Shown piece after piece: positions 38,479 through 53,000 of a DNA stretch of 64,000 nucleotides. A model generated the notes under the pieces. It was not told the DNA's origin, ran no database searches, and worked only from the letters and a program-made list of their open reading frames with translations. Origin of the DNA: Convolutriloba macropyga. Its lineage: Eukaryota. The stretch lies in the NCBI RefSeq assembly GCF_964194025.1, contig NC_134468.1, positions 87,792,001 to 87,856,000 on the forward strand, given 5' to 3'. A program made the position numbers and the translations under genes. The first letter of the stretch is position 1. Every line of letters begins with the position of its first letter.

Positions 38479-40904
38479 AATAACACATTAACTGATACAA
38501 GTAATCAAATAAATATACATTTATTATGTTAAACGAACACCGCTTGTCAATAAAATAATTTTTCACAGATCAGAAAGACGTACGAAATATTCAGCGAATT
38601 ACTAATATATTAGCTAATTATTAATGCACGACGCATAGTAAAAGTTCTAAGAAAGGCCATCAATTGCATGCTACATTACAGAACTCCTTAGCCTGCTTTA
38701 CTTGATCGATGGTTTTTGTTCGTATTAGATAGGGACCTACTCCGAATTGATTCATGTACAGGGTAGAGTGAAGACGAGTTGAAGCAGAGCTAAAATGAAG
38801 GCCGACTCTAATAAAGGAGGCATCAAGCGTAGTTCCCTAATTATTTCAGACCACCGATATAAATAAGCAAAACGGTGTGACTTCTCAAACAACCTTTTTT
38901 TTCTAAGGAGTTTGTACTAGTGTTAGATGACGGCAAAGTCATTAGAGTGCCATTAAAGCTATGTACTATTTTTGTTACAGAACCCTGGGTACGATCTCTC
39001 AGGCCACTAAAACTTCGAGGCAGAGAGTTTAGTTTGAAAAATTGAACTTAGACTTAAACAACTGAAATTTGTAGTTTTTTCTCCTAAACTTAGTGTCCTA
39101 TATGACACTAAGTTTACCACAAAAATAGACCTTCACTCGTTTAAGTCAAAGTTCAACCTTTCAAACTATGATATCTAACTTTTGACATTTGAAATAAATC
39201 CGCTATTAACAGTAGGCTGCGTCATTACCGGAGACGGAGACAGATACGTTTGGTTTATTTCAGCTCCTGTATTTTTTTAAGATGAAAATTTTTCTTTCAC
39301 TGATCCGAAAAATTGTACTCTTAATATCAATTTCAAATGAAACTCATCACTTTTGTACCTTTTGGTTCTCTAAATTTGTTAAAACAAAATCTTTGTTCCC
39401 CTTGGGCCTCATACCCCGGCCTCGGGCTCGAGCACCCTTGTGTCAGGGCACTAAGTCCCTCGGACGACAAAAAATTTGTTCTAACACATACTTAGAGTAC
39501 TAATAATCTATTTATATATTAATGATGTTAGTGTATTGATACTTTTAAAGCCGTCGAATTATTATTGGGTGAAGCCGGTAAGTAACAAATTGAAACTCTG
39601 TAACTAGTTTGGAAGAGCTGTAGTCTAATCTGTTCAATTTGCAAGTGTATTTGTTTTCAGAGTATATTGGATTTTCAGAGTATCTTTCCAAGAATTTTTG
39701 ACCAACGTTCTGCTGGTGTTACTATATAACGGACTATTATGTCAAGCGTCAATAATTCAACTTAATTGGAAACAAAGGGTACCAAAGTGTACCAAAAGTT
39801 ACGAGCAGGCCGCCGAATTGAACTTTTTTGTTTCTTATTTGAGTTTCCATCTTTAAATTTGATTAGAAACATTTGACGAACTAATAGCGTCCCTCATTCC
39901 CCTGTGGTTTTTGACTAAAATGTCTTTTAAATTTCAAAAAAACAATGGTTCTCAGAATAATCTAGAACATTTTCAATTTTGCACCATAAAAGTATAACCA
40001 AAATTTGAATAATGAGTAAGAGTTTCCATGACTGTGTATGCAAAATAAAAGCTTATTTATTCATGAAACTGACAGAAACATAATATTATTTAACAAAAAT
40101 TTATGTTTTTATATTTGATGAAGGTTCACGGGAAATATAACTGCACAATTTTTTATAGTCCTTGAAAAAAGTTGCAATTTACATATATACAACAATATAA
40201 TTTTTATAAAAACTCGTTTTTTGAGGCCATCTTCTTTCTCAATGGTCAACTTTGTGTCCAACTCTTGCACAAAAGTAATCAATTTTCATTTCAGTGGATG
40301 CTAAAAAAAGCGCTTTGAGTGCAGATTAAACAGAAATTACCAAATTTGATCTGAAATGTCTTTAAAAAGCATAAAATGAGTGCTAGCTATCCTTCTGTGT
40401 TTTTCCATTCTTATATTTACGAACTATTTCTGTTGTATATTTAGAAGCTGCCAAAAACCAGGCAAAATAATGCCACTAGTTTGTCTCTATTCAGAAGGCA
40501 ACGGCCGCTTGAGCAAAACGCTTTGGCAATTTTTTCACACCAATTATTCTGCTTGAACTCATTTCAGATCCATCCGCGTTGACTCCTCAGTCAATCTTTA
40601 CTTATTGGGTGTAAAATCGGTTATATCAAGGTCACTCATTCATCAGTTTTGTTTCTAGAATAATATTAGCAGTTTAAAGGGTTTTAGTTCCTCTCAAACA
40701 AAGTTTTGTTTTTCTTATGATTTTTTTTTCGCTTGACCGGTCTTTCGTCCGACACGATTAAATTCTTGTGCTAAAGGGACAAACAAGCAACGCTCAAGTT
40801 GTCTTAGAGCTTTACATCTAAACAGTCTCTTAAGATTGCAATTCATTTAAAACAGTTTATAGAAGGCAATTTCATGGCGTGACGGGCGTTTCTTAATCTT
40901 GAAA

Positions 40905-41162
40905 ATTTGACGAAGTCAACACCCCCTACTCAATCACCCCCTCATCACCACCACTCACAACCCAAAAGACCATCCTCCATCTGGTGGTTTGGACCCTGTC
41001 TGGTCTCTTCTCCTACCCCCCAATCGCTTGAGCTCCCTTCCCTAGTACTTCACTCTAGCTTTCCTCCCCCAACGCTTGCATTTGTGAGCACTGAGCCCCA
41101 GCTGGGTACTACCTACACCCAGCGCTCACCAGTCGTTTGACAGCAATTCGGCCCATGCTAGT
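40905..41162 (+). repeat. Dispersed Helitron-like repeat (copy 3), ending ...ggcccatgCTAG|T
   Basis: GC-rich hairpin gctgggt..acccagc and terminal CTAG followed by T; homologous to the two inverted copies. Confidence 0.5.
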
Positions 41163-43344
41163 CGGCTATGTGTAACTATTTTAATGATTAAAAACAAACT
41201 GAAGCATTATTTTCTTTCACAACAACAGCTTTTCATATCGTAAGATCAATTATGTTAACAACTGTCTTTTGTGGCCATAACGGTGTCCAATTCTCCCGCA
41301 TTTTTCTTTAAAATTTTTCATGCAACTAAGCAGTTTTTATAGCCAAAAATTTCAATGAATTTTTACAGGTTACCTTCAATTTGGCTTTCAACAATTAGGA
41401 TGACAATTTCTCAGCTCAGTCAATATTTACGTCAAAATTTTTTGCAGCTATCTTCAGTTTTAGGGCTGAGTAGATCTGCTGAATAGCGTTACACAAAAAA
41501 ATCTTTATTCTGCCTTGCTTTTCACATTGAGCATATGAGCATATTAAACAAAATCTTTGAAAATGATAAATTTAGATCTGTCATTAGAACTAAAATAATC
41601 TTCACCTAATTAACAAATTGCCTTTGCTCTCCAGTTCTTTTTGAGAAATTTGGCTGTGGTAGTATGGTTTGAACATACATGTGGTGTGATGTATTAGAGT
41701 GTAATTATGACTGTGGTGTGTTGTTGTGTGGTTTGAATATGCCTGCCAGGTGATTCCAAATCAGGGCTGAAACAGGTTAAAAAGACAATTGTATAAAGGC
41801 TTAAAGAATTTACCTATAATGTTATTTAGGTTGATTATGATATTTGTTTGATAATAGTAATGGACTGTTTAGAAAAAGTAAAAATGAGGAGTACAATTTT
41901 TATTCTGAAAAAAAAACCGGTCAGTCTAATTTTTGACAAGAATAAAGAATGTGCAAGTGTAAAAATGACAATATACAGTTACGCAAAAACACTGTAAGGT
42001 AAACCCGGGTGCTATGTTGTCATCTTTTAGATCGATGATCTTTATCTCTAATTCAAGTGGGCATAGATATAGTGTCAGCTAAGCAGCACCTGGTACTGAA
42101 AACTACAATGAAATCTTTGATTGCTTCATTACACAGTATAAAACCGTGCAAAACACTCAACTAAGCGGCACTTTTTTAACGTGGCTCTGGCTATGTATTC
42201 CATCACCTGTAAATTAACATTTTGTTTTTTTACCCTCTCATGGAAAAACTAATTTTCAGCTAATTATTAAACCGAATTATTTTTTGCTAGAAACCAACAA
42301 CGTATTTTTTCAAAATGTTTTTGCTACCGTTTCAGAGATTTTTTTAAGTTCAAACCTCACATTTTTGCACTCTTTTTCTGTAGCTTTTAGTGAGTTTTCA
42401 CATCCAGTTTGTTTCTCTTGATGTTTTTTTTATAAAGAATACAATGCTATGGACACCAATGTGATCAATGCAATCATCTGAAAATTTATTTATAATTACT
42501 TCTCTATATCTGATGGTTATCTCAGAGCATGAAGAAAAGCCTCACAGCATATAATGGGACACTAAAACCACTAGAGTTATTGGAAAAATAAGAAATATTT
42601 TACAATTAAAAGTTAGGATCCCAGAGGGAAAATGAAATTGAAATGCACTTAAAAATCTTAAAACTAATTTGGAATTAAATACAATTCTTGATAATGTTGC
42701 ATTTGTCCAAAAAAAATAGCTTGAGAAATTTTTTGATAGCGCTCTTAACCACACTCCTGCTGTTGTCTTCGTTTGGACCACAGACAGGCCAAGAAGACTA
42801 GGCATCTCGGTTTGGATACCTCATCAATTTCAAGTGAGGGAATAAAGGCAGGCAAATTTAGGTGCCGTCCATCTATAGTGCACGCCCTGTGGAAAAATTT
42901 TATGGATAAGTTCTCATAGAGCCTGCAATTCTTTTTAAAGCGAAACTAGAAGTGACTGGACTCATTGTAATGTGAGTACCTGAACTTTGGCCTCATAATC
43001 CAATTATTAATCATGAAGCTATGAAACATTATAGTTCAAAACGAAGTTCTTCCTATATAGAATCGGTTTGAGATAGACACCTCCTTCATCTGCCTCTTCG
43101 CTCCTGACCACAACATCAAAAAACAAGGAATCAAAACGCTTGAGACAAACTTTGGCTTATGATTAAATTTTTTTGGACAAAAAATCAGAACAATGCTGTT
43201 TATAATTTACGGCATTTGGGAATTTTGAGAAAAGTGCATCTGTAAACTCAATTGTAAGTAAAGAGAACAGAGCTCTCTTCGATGTCTGATCTCATATGAG
43301 AAAATGATCTTTGAGTTAATAAGACTTAAAAATTTCACTTATCG

Positions 43345-43451
43345 ACGTCTATCTTGCAAGATCTTCGTCCGGATCTTGCATCTTGCAAAATAAGCGTCAT
43401 TTGCAACAATCTTGCAAGATCTTGCAAGATAAGCGTCGGAGTTTGACTATG
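43345..43451. repeat. Short palindromic element of atcttgcaag units
   Basis: gacgtctatcttgcaagatc ... gatcttgcaagataagcgtc. Confidence 0.6.
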
Positions 43452-43849
43452 GCAGTCAATACTTAAACAGCATATGTTGTTAATGACCTTTGTGACTTGC
43501 ACTTTCTTTTGTGATTGTAAGTGGATTTAAGGATATTTTTTGAAGCGCAAACATGCAGGTGATGCTCACAGGAGAAAAGTGCATGTGAAATCTTTGTTAC
43601 TTATGTTACCACAAATAAGTATGCAGCGACATAGGGCCGGAGGCAATTGTAATAAACGCTTAGGAATAATTGCAAGTGCAGTTTCCAAATCCAAAGTATT
43701 GTTCACAAACACTCCCAGAGACTCTAGAGAGTGGACAACACATGTCCAATTTTGCCGTCATATAGACATTAACGAAACAAATTCTGTTAAACCGTTTTCA
43801 ATACCTGTCAACCAAACAGCAAGATAAAAAGCTAAACAAAATTGTTCCA

Positions 43850-45830
43850 TTGCACCATTGTATCACATTTTATCCGTTTGTATTGTCGTTTTTCCGTTTA
43901 TTCTTACTTGAAACTTTAGGAAGTGGTTAACATTCAGAATTTTCTCAAATTACGTTCCTGAATTTGCCACAGTCTAATAAATTTATAATTTTCCCCGTTT
44001 TTTGCAAATTTATACTCGATAATTAAAAAAAATCATTATTTACTTTGATAAAATGAAAAGTTTTGTTCAAAAATTGATCTATTTTGCCACCATATGAATG
44101 ATTGACTGAGTTCTTAGCCGTGCAGCAACATCAGGGTTGATCTTGATCTCAACATGGATCCTCGCGTTTAAAAAAATTTTAGATTTCATTATGGCGCGGT
44201 CTTTTTTTTAAAAAAATATTTCCGCATATATAACTTTTTTATTTAAATTACTGACAAGAAATAAAATTGAGGGCTCAATTATTCACAAAAGTGAGACCAA
44301 TTTTAATGCTTTAAGAGCTCTTTTCATTGTTTTAAGGCTCTGACCAATTGTTTTTGTAAATTTTTATGGACTTCGTATGATTTAATTGCATTTTTTTAAA
44401 TTTTGTAGCCTAATGACTTAGTATCCTTAATCAGAGATCCAATTGGCTATTTCAAGAGTTATATGTGAACCTAGACAATACTTTCAGTTGTTGTCGGATG
44501 TCTCTTATCACTGTGAATTTATTTGTTTTCAGAAAAGATCGGTGAATATTTGAACTTTGCCACTGATTTTTGTTTCTTCTCTCAAACTCTGGCGTAGTCT
44601 TGGTAACAACAAGCGGAAACCCATTTTGTGTGAATCTATAAGGAAGAGTTGTTGGTGTTCAGACGAGAAGCAACTGATAATTATAGATCTTGCACATAAC
44701 ATCTTATAGTTATGGTGCCTTTAACACTGTGGTGTCTTTAAAATGTTAGCGAAGTTCGGCTTCTGACTTCATTCGTTGTTATTTTGTAGTCTCGTGGCTT
44801 ATTCTCATTAATACATTAATAACAAGCCCAAATCGCTTCAAGAGTTGGAGCAATTCAAGCCATCTCTTTTTTTGAAAATGTAAATGTCTGTTATGACTTT
44901 TGAAAAAATTTGTTTTCAAAGACATTTCAATTTCTCGAGCTGCGGTTTTTCGAAAAATCGTTTTTCAGTCAACGTTTTAGCTAGCTATACTTTAATTTTT
45001 ACACCTGTTTTAGTTTCAACTATTTACTTCTCGGCTTTGTTCCGACTGTTTCTACGAGATTTCATAAAATGTTAGATAAATTTTTATAATTGTACAGTTT
45101 AAAGCATTTTTGTTTTCATTTATGATAATATCAACGGTAGGTCCCATTGGTTTTGAAAATTTGTGCAATTCACCATTTTTCATGCACTTACACACATTTT
45201 TGTTTTTAACGGCTTCACTGCCATTTTCGCACAAAGTTTAATTGAAATTGAACTTTTTTGCCGTTATTTGTCCTTATTTATGCAGTCTTATGAAGTACAT
45301 TGGATAATGACAGGTCTCAACTGCTTCCCGTGTAGCAATAATTTAACTTTTAAGTTCTTTCAGTTAATATCTAATAATGTTAGTCACTTTGAACTCAATT
45401 GTTTTCAAAAACAGAAACGTATTTTTAAACTTCGAAATCTTTTGCTCTTTTTTTTCGTCGACCTGCTACCCAGTTGCCTTGAAGACAGGTTCCATATCAT
45501 TTCTAATGAGCTATAGGTAATTTGTTTTATTTGGGTTTTTTTCTGATATCAGTTCGATTTTGTAATGATTTTTTTTGTAAAATAGACATCGAGTTTTGGT
45601 CGCGATTAATGTTTGTTATTTGATTTTTATTTTTGTCTTTTTAGTAACCGTTTTAACAGCAAGTTTCATCGGCTCTCTACCGCTGCAATAATTTATTCCA
45701 TTAGTGGTTTATTGAACGATATGTATTTTTTGAATGTTTTCTATCTCTTCATCATTTGGTAGCCAATTAATACAAGAATGTGGATGAGCGGGGTCGGAAC
45801 ATTATGTGCGTACGCACATTACCGAGCTTC
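43850..45830 (-). mobile_element. Second decayed copy or relative of the R2/NeSL-like non-LTR element
   Basis: KDR..NPDVAA (~44130-44205) aligns with KDR..SPDVAAGP (~5530-5615); 44480-44560 aligns with 5930-6010; shared motif at 45784-45827. Confidence 0.6.
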
Positions 45831-47019
45831 CTTGTTTTGTTCTAAGTTTAGAAAGCGAAGCGTAAACAGCACTACGCATTTAATAGGTTTGCTCATAAAC
45901 AGAGCACTACGCATTTAATAGGTTTGCTCATAAAACTTGGAAACGCCTCAAAAGGCCGAAACTTGGAAGAGATTACTCGTCTTTTTCTTATAAAAAACAA
46001 TGAAAGTTATTAACTAATAAATTTGATCGACCGCTTCATTAAGCATCGTTGCTTTGAGACAAGATATGGTGATCAGAAAGCTTTTGAATGAAAAAATTCT
46101 ATAGACGCATTTAAGCTGCTTCTTCAATTAGTTAAGTTAGAAACATAGTTAAATTGCTAATCATGTATCAAATTTTATGCGAAGAAGCTTAGTCTTCACA
46201 AAAAGCAGCTTCAATCTTTTTGCATCTTTCTACTCTTTTGATTTAAGGTTTAGATTAAAAACTAATTTTGTAAAAATCTGAATACATAGAACCAAAACAG
46301 CTCTTAAACAACATTGAGTGTTTTTCTCTATCAGTGAACGAAATCTTAATTTGATCCACTTTACAAAAACATTTTTCAATTCAAATAGAGCCTCTTTGTA
46401 TACTGTTGAAAAAACATTCGGAAGCAACAAATAAAAAATATGGCAGAAAAGACATTGCCATATTTCTATCAAAATAGAACCTGAAAGATAGAATCTTTCG
46501 AAAAAACGAGTTAGTTCATTTGGCCTGCAAATCGTTTCTATCAAACTCCATATTAAATGCTTAGGATATCTTTGAGATGTTAAAGTTTCTCCAGATCAGA
46601 GATATGAGTAAGTGCTAATCACCGATTAGTCTTTTAAATACACAATTGTCATTGAAGGGACTTAAAAGTCCTGTTATGCAATTGTGTCCCACTAAAAACT
46701 CTAAAAACAGCTGAACAACTTAGCTATAAGCAGACGAGCAAAGTTAATCTATTTTTCATATAACTGTCTAGAAGGATTTGATTACTATTTGCTTTCCACA
46801 AACTGACAATTGACATTAGGGGTGTTCTCTTTGTGTAGAGAACACTTTTCTAGTAATGTAAATTCAGTAAGATAATGTTAAGTTCAGTCATTTTTATCGG
46901 AGAGTTACTGTTTTACACGTGTTATTTGGACGAAGTCAAGTTCCCACTTTTTTGGCGGAAAGAGTTTCAACTTTTCTAATATTGGCTTAGGCCATCTTGA
47001 ATTAATGCATCATTAACAG

Positions 47020-50000
47020 GCTCCGGAGAGAGGAAACCCATAAACTAAACCAAAGAAGGGGCGAATGATGTAATTAAGAAACCAGAGGGTAGCTCGCGTT
47101 GCCTAGATTTAAGTTCCAAGAAAAATAGTGAGCAAAAAAAACGGCTAATCAGCCAAAACACGTGCCAGGCCGGCAACGGGGTGGACGTACGTACCGTAAC
47201 CCATTTTTACTCTGACAACGCGTACCGATCCATCTTTTCCAGGCGACGTTTCAACAATTTGTCCCAGAGGCCATATCTCACGCGTAGTGAGGTCTTTGAG
47301 GATCCACACCAGGTCATTGACTTTCAACGAATCACCCTGTTCAGACCATTTGCTTCGCTTCGTTAAAGTGGGAAAGTACTCATAAACTAGGCGTCTCCAG
47401 GCGCGGTTCATAAGCTGCTGCACGTTTTTCCACGACTTGAAGGATGCTGGCATGGTTGATGAAAAGTCTCCTGGTGGCAGTGAATTGTAAGGTCTCTGCA
47501 GCAGAAAATGATTTGGGGTGATGGGTTCTTCATTGTCTGGTACGTCAGCCATATGTGTAAGTGGTTGAGAGTTCGGCATGCTTTCGCTCTCAACCATGAT
47601 TGTGAAGAAGACACCTGATGTAAGCCTCTTGCTCCCTAGAGTGATCAAAATGATCCGTTTAGCATTTTGGATCAACCGTTCCCAAGCACCACCAAATGTG
47701 GTCCGTATGGTGGGTTAAATTTCCAAACTGAGTTCTTTATAAGAACTTCAGAGGCAATGCGTTGATTGTCGAGACTACGGACGCATCGCTTCAATTCTTC
47801 ATTTGCCCCGGCAAAAGTTTTGCCGTTGTCACTTAGAATAAGTTTTGGTTGACACCTTCGTGATGCATAACGTCGGAGGGCGTTGAGAAAAGTGTCCGTG
47901 TTTAAATCAAGGCATGACTCAAGATGTGCGGCACGTGTGACCATGCATGTGAAAATGAGGCCGCAGTACTCGGTGAGCTTGTCTTTGGTGTCTTCAATAT
48001 AGAAAGGTCCGATAAAATCAATTCCTGTAGTAGCGAAAAGGAATTGCGAGAAAGTCTCAGGAAACCTGCACACTGGTAGTGGAGCTATTAAAGGCTGGAT
48101 ATTTTAAGCATCAAAACGGCGGCACAAAAACATCGAAATTGGATGCTTAACAATGTTTTCCTGAGGCCGATAACAACGTATCGTTGTTGAACAAAAGCTT
48201 TGACGGCTTCGGTACCTTGGGGTATACAAATTCGGTGCGCATGCTCAAGATACAGGCGTGTTATTGAGTCTTTGGCTTGAAGAAATATTGGTAATTTAGC
48301 TAATTGTAACTCTTCAGGAGCAAATTGTACTCGGCCTTGTGATCTAAGTAATCCGTTTTTGTCTAAGTTCGCGTTTAGGGTTCGAATCTTGCATTTAGAG
48401 TCTAGTTTACGTCCTCTTCTTAGCGAGTGAATAGCTGAATGGAAAACTTTTTCCTGTGAAATTCGAATTAAGTGACTGTGTGCTTGGTTGATGTCGTCTA
48501 CAGTGTACTGCTCTTTGTTATTTCGTTCTTTTTTAATTCTGAAGAGAAGGATGTAAATAGTTGCGAGTAACAACTGCAGTTTTGTCCCAGATTGAAAACG
48601 GGTTGGGTCAATGACAGGTTCAATTGGTTTTGATGTACTCGTTATGTGAACAGAAATTGTTTTGTGTGCGGAGTTCCGGTCGGAGTAATGTTTCTTTAGG
48701 AAATCAGGAACCTGTAACCATTTAGAACATAATTCTTCTGGTTCTAGGCCACGTGTTCCATGGTCTAGAGGATTTTGATTTGTTGGTATATAATGCCATT
48801 GACTGGATTTTGTAGATTCGTGTATTTCTCGGATTCTGTTGGCGACAAACAGTTTCTGTTTCTTTTTAGAAACAATCCAATCAAGAACAACTCGACTGTC
48901 TGTCCAAAAATGTGTATCGTATATATTGAGTGTTGTCTCTTTTTGAACTGTTTTGAGTAGTCGCATCCTAATTATTGCGGCCTCAAGCTCAAGTTTTTTA
49001 AAGAACGCTGAACAATTTTAAAGGAGTTAGTTTGCATTTACTGATTATGAAGCTGGTTTCTGTTTGTTTGGTGTTATTGTCATAACTCCGTAGATAAATC
49101 ATTGCTGCAATAGCACAAGTAGACGCATCAAGAAAGACGTGCAATTGATGTTCAATTTCCTGTTAATTTGAAAGAAAATTGAGTGTTCGCGATTGTTCAA
49201 TGGGGGTTATCTGAAAAAGCTGTTTAGTACTTTTTGCAGTGGTTTATGTAATTTTTCAGATAGCGGTGTGTCCCATTTCAAACCCAGTTGCCAAATTTGT
49301 TGCATAACAACCTTGAGGCTTATAATCACCGGTGACGCAATACCTATGGGGTCGAAAATTGACGCAACAGTACTTAAAAGTTTTCTTTGGGTATACATTG
49401 TTGCATTCTTCGGAAATTCTTCCAATGGTTTTATGAAAAATTTATCATCAACGAAATTTCATTTTTGTCCTATTACGCGAGTGAAATCTTTTGACTCGTC
49501 TAAGTCTTCATATGGAATTCGTTCCAGCATTTCAGGACAGTTAGATAAGAACTTGGTCAATTTGCAACCCCCTCGTTGGAGGCACTCTTTGACTTGCATT
49601 ACAGTGTCTTTAGCTTCAGTGATAGTGGGCAGCGAATGAACGTAGTCCTCGATGTAAAATTGCTTCGTTATTGATGCAAAAGCTTTGGGAAAATTTTCTC
49701 TATTGTCTTTAGCACATTGATTTAGGACAAAGATGGCCATTGAAGGCGAATAAGTTGCCCCAGAAATCAAGCGAGTGAATTGATATTGCATTATAAAGTT
49801 GTTTTTTGACCAGAGAAAGCGAAGTGCTGATTGATGTTCTTGTTTGACAGCAATTTACATGAACATACTTTCAATATCCGCAAGGATTGCAATTGGATGC
49901 TCGCAAAAACGTAGCAGTATGCCAAGTAAGCTGTTCAAGGGATCTGGTCCTGTTAGGAGTTTGCTGTTCACTGACTGTCCTCGATACTTTGAAGCAGCAT

Positions 50001-53000
50001 TTGCCACCTGTCGAATTTTTTTCCGTTTTGTTTGGATTTTGAACGGGATGATGAGGCAGGTACCATATTTTTTCAGGTTCAGGTTCTGTCATTTCGACTG
50101 GTTTTTTGTAATTTTTGATTAAGTCTGTTGAAAGCGTTTGATCGTATTTTTTTTTCAGCGTTGGATTATTACCTAGTCTTTTCTCCAGGCACCGCAGCTG
50201 ATTAAGAGCACAGTAATAATTGTTCTCCAAAAGGCAGGGCATTTTCCAGGGAAAACCAATTTTATATCTCTCAGAGTTATGTCAGGTAGTTTTCCGAAAA
50301 GCTTTTAAGGCATCATTGTCTTCATCTGAAAGACCAGAACTGTTTTTTTGGGTTCCCTCACTTTCAATTTTCCAGAATTGCTCAACTATTTCGCTTAAAT
50401 GTGGTTCTTCCGTCTGCTGTCTTGAAACGGTTTGTAAACGGTTTGTATGCTGTTGAATGATGTCTAAATGTAGATTCGGAAGGATTGAGAGAAGTTTCAA
50501 ACTCCCGAGCTAATGTCCATCCGAGTTCTGTTTTCACAACAAATGGTTGATTTATGTTTTCGGTTATTACTTCGATTAGATGAGTGTAAGCGAAAGTGTT
50601 TACAACTAAAAGGGCTGCAATTTTGCCACCAGCAACCTGAGAGAAATGGATGTGGCGGAGATTACTAAACGTGTCACATATTTGATTCAACTCAAATATG
50701 CTGGCTGGTGTGACGTTCATTGCTGGCGTGCTGTATGCACGAGATACCTGAAAGCTTTGTCTCAATGACTTATATGGAGTGATAATGACGGACGCTGTCA
50801 TCTTTGAGAGTAGCATTTCGTTCTGGGTATTCACGTATTTGAGTGTAGTTGATGTTTGCGCTTCGCAAGGAAGTACTAGAAAGTTTGTTATGGCGTCAGG
50901 CAAGAAAGTGAACTGGCTGCCATGATCTATGAGTGCAAACGTATCAAAGGGCTTGTTGCCATTGACAAAAGACACCGGCATCAGCTGTAGTTGTTCAAGC
51001 CAGTCTCTCGGAGGAGACGGCTTTTTATTTACGCAGAAGCTTTGATTGTTTGAAGGAGAATCGAGGGTACTTCTCTGAGTATTTGACTGTTTCGTTTTAC
51101 CAAAAGATTGTCCATATCGACAGTATTGTTGTTTGTTTTGACTTGGTGACACTTCATTTGATGAATGCTGTGTAGGAGCAAATGGAGCAGATCCTGTGGA
51201 GAATGCTGCTAACGGTCGTTTCACTTGTTTTGAAGGGTCGTGTAGAGTAAAATGATGTCGGCCGTTGCAGGAATGGCAGTTTTTTTTTGTGAAGAACAAT
51301 TTTGTCTGAGGTTATTATTGCTCAAACAATTCCTGCACAATTTGTTTTTGATAACGATTTTATATCGATCTTGTGGTGATTGCTTTTGGAAGTCCGGAAA
51401 AGTTGCCAAAAAATGGTTACTATTGCAATGGGGGCAATTTCGGTTGTTTTGCTGTTTTCCGTTAGTTTTTGTGTTGTTTGAGATAGTTACGGAGGATTAC
51501 CACTCCCTATTAGAAGTTGTTATTTGTGGTTTAATTGCAGGCTGCAAAACAGCGTTAGAATTGTCTTTGCCAAATAAGTTTTGGTTATTTATTTGTGATG
51601 ACAGTTTATAGTGAGCCATCGGAACACTAGAGTCTTTGACGTAAGCTATGTTGTTTTGTTGTTGTCTAAATGACGTGAAAGTTTGCTCGCGATTGATGGT
51701 ATCGTAAATTTGAGCTTGAAATTGTTAAAAGGAACGAAGTGACGCTGGTTCAGCTGTTGTTGTGAGCCTATGTTCAGTACATTTCAACAAAATATTGTAG
51801 GGCACTTTTTCTTTTGTTTTTTTGAGCAATGTGGAACACTGAAGGTCTGCCTGGAAGCCAAGGTTTTCGAATGTCTGAAATAAGCGCTTTAGAAAATTTG
51901 AGAATGCGACAAACGATTTTTTATTATTTGAATCAATGGTGTGCCAAGACTTGAGTTGATGTATAAAGGCACTCACTACAACACTTGGATCTGCAAAATG
52001 GTTCATCAGTTCAGTTAGAGCTGTTTCATAAAACGCTGGTTGTAGGAGTACGTATCAATGAATTGTTTTGCTTTTCCAGAGACTGAATTTTGGAGATACG
52101 TGATCCAATGTGTGTCAGTTATACCAGTATTATTATGAACCATAGAAAAGAGATTGTTATTCCATTCATGGTATCGCAGAGAGTTGCCATTGAAGTGAGG
52201 CAGTGACAGTGGTGGTAGTTTTATGGCTTGCTCGTTACTTACAACGTTGTTAGCGATGTAGTGTTTGCCTATGTTTTCTGGAACTGGTTGAGGCGAAGAC
52301 TGCGGTAATTGAGGAAAATGAGAAGGATTTGGGTTACTGTTATCATTAAAGATTGGAACCGTTAGACCAGGCAATCTGGAAAGTTCATTTTGGTAGTTGT
52401 CGCTGTTGTTATAAATTGTTGTGGCAGGAGGTCTGTGGTTCAATTGTAAATGATCTGTGTACTTTTGTCTGATTTTGGTAGACCTTGCAATTGATTCACC
52501 GATGCAGAATGACAATCATTAATTGTTTTTGTCCTGTATTGGTGTATAGAAAGATTTGGCTCGATGTTATTCGCAATCTCATGAAGAACTAAGTGGTTGC
52601 CGAGGAGCTGTTGCTGGTGAGAATTTTGCCATGACTGTGAACTTCTAGCTATCTGATCTTCTGTATTGTGCGCAATATTTCTCGTTGCGACTGAGTTTAC
52701 GATATCAAAAGGATGGTTTAACGGCACTCCATTTGCATCATATATAATATTCCCCTTTTCGTTTGACGTCATTGTGTTTTGCGAAGTACCAAGGTTTAAT
52801 TAAGTATTCATTTGAAAATTGGACACCGTTACTGTGGGATAACTGTTCCTTACTTGTGAAGAAATCGTAGTTTCTGCCATAGTACCAGGAGGAAACTGAT
52901 AATTGTGAATCTTTCCTGTACTCATTGCGGTTTGCAGTACATTCTGAGTTTCAGTTGCTCTTTGAGACTTTGTACATTAATGTCAAATTCTCCAGATTCA

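Noticed and set aside
45808-45827. ctcggtaatg resemblance to the HDV genomic ribozyme P4 strand
   Set aside because: P4 is the non-conserved part of HDV-like ribozymes, and no P1/P2/P3 nested pseudoknot could be built.
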